DNA from: an uncultured virus (IMG/VR IMGVR_UViG_3300011006_000550)
Lineage: Duplodnaviria; Heunggongvirae; Uroviricota; Caudoviricetes
Reading direction: 5' to 3' (one strand)
Length of the DNA stretch: 20,000 nucleotides
IMG/VR virus record: IMGVR_UViG_3300011006_000550
This document shows positions 16,335 to 20,000 of the stretch, piece after piece (the first letter of the stretch is position 1; each line of letters begins with the position of its first letter). A program made the position numbers and the translations under genes. The notes under the pieces are model-generated. The model was not told the DNA's origin. It searched no databases and saw nothing but the letters and a program-made list of their open reading frames with translations.

Positions 16335-17234
16335 ATGAAGAATATGGAAAGAAGAGAAAAAGTTAATGCCTTACGAGAGTTAGCTGTACGCTCTGGCCGC
16401 AACATTAGCATGGATCCCGACAGATGGGGAGAGCACATGCTTGACAGCCTTGAAAGCAGTCTTGACAAATTCCTTTCGCAGATTCCTGACGAGTTGAAGG
16501 ATGAAATGGAAGATGCCTACATTGAGAAATACAAGGAATGGCTTTACGCTCAGAGCCGGTGCTTCTCTCAGATGATTACAGGTGCAGGAGGCTGGACTCC
16601 TGCCGTGCATCGCAGACATGAGAAGACGAACGCTGCCGAACATGCTGCCTATGAACGGCTTCAGACTTGGGCAGAGAGAGTCATCAAACGATGCAACCGT
16701 CAGGAACGTCTCACGGGATGGGCCGAAGTTGAGCGTCTTCAGGAGAAGATAGACAACCTTACGAGATCTCAGGAAATGATGAAGGCCGCGAATAAGATTG
16801 TTCGCGACAAGAAACTGGCCGAGGTCGAGAAGGTTGACGAACTTGTTGCACTCGGATTCCGTGAAGAAGTCGCCATTGAAATCCTGCACCCTAAGTATGA
16901 TTGGATGCAGCCTGGATTTGCTTCTTACAGTTTGACCAATAACCTTGCTAAAATCAAGGATGCAGAGGCGAAGATGAAACGTCACGCTGCAATGGCAGAG
17001 AGAGCAACAGAAGGTGATGAAGTCCACGAATATGAGTGGGGAAAGCTCGTTGTTGCGTTTGGTGACGAACGCTACCGCTTCATTTTTGACGGCAAGCCTT
17101 CTCAGGAAATCATCAATCTGATGAAGTCGAACGCTTTCAAGTGGAGTCCCGCCAATTCTGCTTGGCAGCGTCAGATCACTACCAATGCAAAGTACGCCGT
17201 GAAGCGTATGATTGAGGAGCTTAACAACATGTAG
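16335..17234 (+). CDS. Phage/plasmid early-type protein with DUF3560/polyvalent-protein-like C-terminal domain
   Basis: SRCFSQMITG motif and C-terminal RFIFDGKPSQEIINLMKSNAFKWSPANSAWQRQIT, a pattern I recognise from DUF3560-type proteins. Confidence 0.6.
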   Translation: MKNMERREKVNALRELAVRSGRNISMDPDRWGEHMLDSLESSLDKFLSQIPDELKDEMEDAYIEKYKEWLYAQSRCFSQMITGAGGWTPAVHRRHEKTNAAEHAAYERLQTWAERVIKRCNRQERLTGWAEVERLQEKIDNLTRSQEMMKAANKIVRDKKLAEVEKVDELVALGFREEVAIEILHPKYDWMQPGFASYSLTNNLAKIKDAEAKMKRHAAMAERATEGDEVHEYEWGKLVVAFGDERYRFIFDGKPSQEIINLMKSNAFKWSPANSAWQRQITTNAKYAVKRMIEELNNM

Positions 17235-17285
17235 TCTTTTGTCCCGCCTTGCATGGTGGGACGCTATTAACCAATTCTACAGATT

Positions 17286-17582
17286 ATGATGAAGATATTA
17301 TCAAAGGACAATTTCAGCTTCTTTGAAATCAAGGAAGACTGCAGGGAGAATTTCAATGAGGTACGTTGGACGGACCTCTCTGACTTCCACAAGAACGCTC
17401 TGATTTGGATCGGCGATGCCATACGTGGCGATAAGTCGCAGCATTTCTGGTGTAACGGCTGCTACTGTTGGTATGTTGACGAGAAGCAGAGCCATGAGCA
17501 GGGTGTATGGATGACACAGAACGGCATAGCCATGTTCGAGGACATCACCGAGAGAAAGCTCTATCGCATCGAGTTCGTTTAG
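17286..17582 (+). CDS. Hypothetical protein (98 aa)
   Basis: Between elements 10 and 11. Confidence 0.8.
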   Translation: MMKILSKDNFSFFEIKEDCRENFNEVRWTDLSDFHKNALIWIGDAIRGDKSQHFWCNGCYCWYVDEKQSHEQGVWMTQNGIAMFEDITERKLYRIEFV

Positions 17583-17644
17583 TCTCTGAGGGAGGGGACA
17601 GATTGTACCCCTCCTTGCACATTTAACCCCTAATTTTATAGAAT

Positions 17645-17977
17645 ATGGAACAGACAGCAGTTGTTACCGATGCTCAGCGCATCAATCAGATTACCGGCCG
17701 TCCTATGGCCGATTGTGAGAAACAGGCTCAGCAGATCGCAGAGTGCATCCGTGAAATGTCCTCTCGCGTCGTTGAGTTCTACTACATGAAGAAGGATGGA
17801 ACGAAGCGTCAGGCTTTCGGCACGTTGCAGCCGGAGGTGATTGTGCCTCTTATCAGCAATGCGCCCGAGCGCAAGCCGAATCCCGACCTCGTGACGTACT
17901 ACGACACCGAGGCACAGGGTTTCCGTTCATTCAAGAAGGTGAATTTCGTGGAGTACGTTAAAGTCCCTGAAGCATGA
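17645..17977 (+). CDS. WYL_2/DUF2693 Sm-like SH3 beta-barrel protein
   Basis: VVEFYYMKKDGTKRQAFGTL...VTYYDTEAQGFRSFK signature. Confidence 0.8.
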   Translation: MEQTAVVTDAQRINQITGRPMADCEKQAQQIAECIREMSSRVVEFYYMKKDGTKRQAFGTLQPEVIVPLISNAPERKPNPDLVTYYDTEAQGFRSFKKVNFVEYVKVPEA

Positions 17978-18117
17978 GCGGTTTTGTAAAGAATGCCTGG
18001 GCCTTCTTCCTCATGATGCTCTTGTTTGGTGTGTACACCATTCCGATTATCGTTGCCATCGGGATTGTTGCTCTGCTCATTGCGAGATACAAGCCCGAAT
18101 GGTTCAACAGAGTGTAG
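17974..18117 (+). CDS. 47-aa membrane peptide, paralog of 18169-18312
   Basis: MSGFVKNAWAFFLMMLLFGVYTIPIIVAIGIVALLIARYKPEWFNRV; ATGA overlap with the WYL_2 gene; TAG in element 12; not in the ORF track. Confidence 0.8.
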   Translation: MSGFVKNAWAFFLMMLLFGVYTIPIIVAIGIVALLIARYKPEWFNRV

Positions 18118-18168
18118 TCTTAAGCCGTGCAAAGGACACGGCACCATGATTCACCAATCTTTTACAAA

Positions 18169-18312
18169 ATGACAGAAATAGCAAAATTCGCCTGGACTTT
18201 GGTCCTTGTAATCTTCTTTGTAGGTATGAAGGCTTTCATCATTCTCTTGGTGATTTTAGCCCTCATTGCAGTACTCTACATCATCAATCCTGATTGGTTT
18301 AAGCCGAAGTAA
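18169..18312 (+). CDS. 47-aa membrane peptide, paralog of 17974-18117
   Basis: MTEIAKFAWTLVLVIFFVGMKAFIILLVILALIAVLYIINPDWFKPK; stop overlaps element 13. Confidence 0.8.
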   Translation: MTEIAKFAWTLVLVIFFVGMKAFIILLVILALIAVLYIINPDWFKPK

Positions 18313-18365
18313 GTCTCAAGCCGTGCAAAGGACACGGCACCACCAACCAATTAAATTTTACGAAT

Positions 18366-19361
18366 ATGAAACATGAAGATTTTAGAATCCGCTACAATGA
18401 AATCATGTTCGACGAGCGCGACGTGATTAAGTCATTCTTAGAGCGTCAGGCCGACATTCGCTATGGTAAGCAGATGTGGGAATGGTGCCTTAACAATGTT
18501 CAGGTGATTGCCGTCAATGGTTCCCTCTATTATTGTTACGAGATTTTCCTCGAGGATGGCGATGTGAAGTTTAGGATGAAACCCGCAATCGATTGGCAGG
18601 GAGAGACAGAAGTTTGGGAATGTTCAAATTTCGCTCTTGGTGAGCTTTCAAAGATTATCGATGCTCTGCCTGAGATTGAGAAGATCATCCGTACCAATGC
18701 AGAATCTGACTTGAAGGAGTTCTGCAAGGATTGTTCTGTCAATCTCGAAGGTGAAGAGTTCCGATGGGAGGTGGGCTGTGCTGGGTACGAAGTCCAGGAG
18801 ATTGCCATTGACAACAAAGGCGACTTGAATTGCTTAGTCATGCACACAGATTCCCTTGGCAAAAAGACATTCCTCCAAGTCGATCACTTTGACTTGGATA
18901 TTACTCAGAAACTCCGCGACCATGTGCATGTTGTCATTCTGCATCGAAGCAAAGAGTATAAGAAGTTGATGGAGTTACTTGAGAAATTCGATAATCTCCG
19001 TTGCGACTTTGAACACCCTGATTACTTCATCACACCTGTCGGTACAGACCTTACTTGCATGGTTCTTTCTGTTTACAGGAATGCAGATGAGCTGTATGTA
19101 TTGACAGACCCAGGCGAGCGCATTGGCGATACATTCCTCTTTAAAGAGAAGGATTTGAAAGATTGTAATCTTGCCATCTGTATTGAGGCCGTCAAAGACA
19201 TGTTGCCTGTGAAGATGATGACAGTCACTGTCTCTGAGGTACGCTCTCGTATTATCGAAGTCGAGGCAGATGATTTCAACGAAGCGAAGAAGAAGGCCAA
19301 AGAGGTGCTTGAAAAAGAGCCTCTTAATGACGGCGATTCCAACGGAATCCAATTCCTTTAG
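18366..19361 (+). CDS. Hypothetical protein (331 aa) with C-terminal DpnD/PcfM-like domain
   Basis: C-terminal MTVTVSEVRSRIIEVEADDFNEAKKKAKE matches the DpnD/PcfM pattern by eye; TAG in element 14. Confidence 0.7.
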   Translation: MKHEDFRIRYNEIMFDERDVIKSFLERQADIRYGKQMWEWCLNNVQVIAVNGSLYYCYEIFLEDGDVKFRMKPAIDWQGETEVWECSNFALGELSKIIDALPEIEKIIRTNAESDLKEFCKDCSVNLEGEEFRWEVGCAGYEVQEIAIDNKGDLNCLVMHTDSLGKKTFLQVDHFDLDITQKLRDHVHVVILHRSKEYKKLMELLEKFDNLRCDFEHPDYFITPVGTDLTCMVLSVYRNADELYVLTDPGERIGDTFLFKEKDLKDCNLAICIEAVKDMLPVKMMTVTVSEVRSRIIEVEADDFNEAKKKAKEVLEKEPLNDGDSNGIQFL

Positions 19362-19415
19362 TCTCTCGGGAGCCGTGCACGGCTCCTACTATTATTCACC
19401 AAAATTCAAAGTAAT

Positions 19416-20000
19416 ATGATAAAGATAGACACTTACGAACTTGCAAAGGAAGTTCAGAAGATTGAGATCAGAAATCTCGTTGAAGCAGTCAAATCCTATG
19501 GTGGCAGAGTCACGTTCTGTGATATGGATGCCGTTGATGGAGAGCAGACTGCTGACGTTAATGAGAGGGCTTGCGTCATGGTAAACGTTGACAACGTAGG
19601 CCCTATCGATGTCTATATCAATTCCGTAGAGGTCGATGATGATTCTCACCTCCATATCAGAGGCGAGTACAAAGACGATTTCGGAGAGTACGACATCGAC
19701 GCGACAGATATTGCCGTCGGCCACATCGGATTTATCACAGATCTGATTCCTTTCAAGAAGGGAATGAAGAAACTCTGGCTTCGCCTTGGTGTTGAGGTTG
19801 ACGCTACAGACGAAGAGGTTGAGGACATCATCGAGAACAAAGGCAGCTGGGGCAGATTCAGCATCCAGCAGATTATCGAGGATGGCCGTTTCAGACTGTC
19901 GGGACTTACCGTAGTGCCGGAGGAAACCATCGAAGATTTCAACAAGGAAGAAGGCTCTCAGTTTGAGGTCAAAGATGTAGAGTACGATTACAAGTCATAA
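19416..20000 (+). CDS. Hypothetical acidic protein (194 aa)
   Basis: ATG after element 14; TAA at 19998-20000. Confidence 0.8.
   Translation: MIKIDTYELAKEVQKIEIRNLVEAVKSYGGRVTFCDMDAVDGEQTADVNERACVMVNVDNVGPIDVYINSVEVDDDSHLHIRGEYKDDFGEYDIDATDIAVGHIGFITDLIPFKKGMKKLWLRLGVEVDATDEEVEDIIENKGSWGRFSIQQIIEDGRFRLSGLTVVPEETIEDFNKEEGSQFEVKDVEYDYKS

Larger units (their letters stand above)
13627..19402 (+). repeat. 14 dispersed intergenic elements: TAGTCTYY - variable hairpin - RCTA - (A/C)ACCAA
   Basis: Copies at 13627-13680, 13792-13832, 14046-14082, 14353-14393, 14828-14862, 15169-15203, 15684-15720, 16067-16113, 16287-16328, 17232-17274, 17580-17630, 18115-18157, 18310-18350 and 19359-19402; each begins at the upstream gene's stop codon. 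Confidence 0.95.
1..20000. mobile_element. Tailed bacteriophage/prophage segment, probably Bacteroidales host
   Basis: TerL, portal, D5-type helicase, HNH, tRNAs and many small hypothetical genes; no host housekeeping genes; Bacteroidetes-type TAnnTTTG -7 boxes; leaders lack Shine-Dalgarno motifs. Confidence 0.9.

Noticed and set aside
13627..19402. Elements as a CRISPR array
   Set aside because: Repeats are not identical, the 'spacers' are whole genes of 100-1000 nt, and no cas genes are present.
13627..19402. Elements as intrinsic terminators
   Set aside because: No U-tract follows the hairpin on either strand, and a terminator would not explain the fixed TAGTCT core.
13627..19402. Canonical integron
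   Set aside because: No integrase in the window and no RYYYAAC/GTTRRRY boxes; retained only as an analogy.

Overview
Segment of a tailed-phage or prophage genome, probably infecting Bacteroidales (inferred from TAnnTTTG promoters and A-rich, SD-less leaders). The left part has an initiator-like tRNA-Met, terminase large subunit, portal and a probable small terminase. A minus-strand operon follows: DUF1064-like nuclease, D5-type helicase, HNH endonuclease, a tRNA-like gene with a hairpin inserted in its D-loop, an SPFH lipoprotein and hypotheticals. After a ~1.1 kb AT-rich divergent promoter region comes an unusual plus-strand module: one gene, a terminator, a complete type I hammerhead ribozyme (12244-12303), a short ORF and a ~670-nt highly structured non-coding region (12730-13401). 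Then comes an array of 17 small genes, with 14 of 16 junctions carrying one conserved element: stop codon inside TAGTCTYY, a sequence-variable hairpin, RCTA, then (A/C)ACCAA. The non-coding region ends in GGAGACTA, the complement of that core, and most core variation falls at wobble-compatible positions. This ribozyme + large RNA + cassette array is the best candidate for an undescribed system. All family calls are by-eye motif recognition, not database searches.
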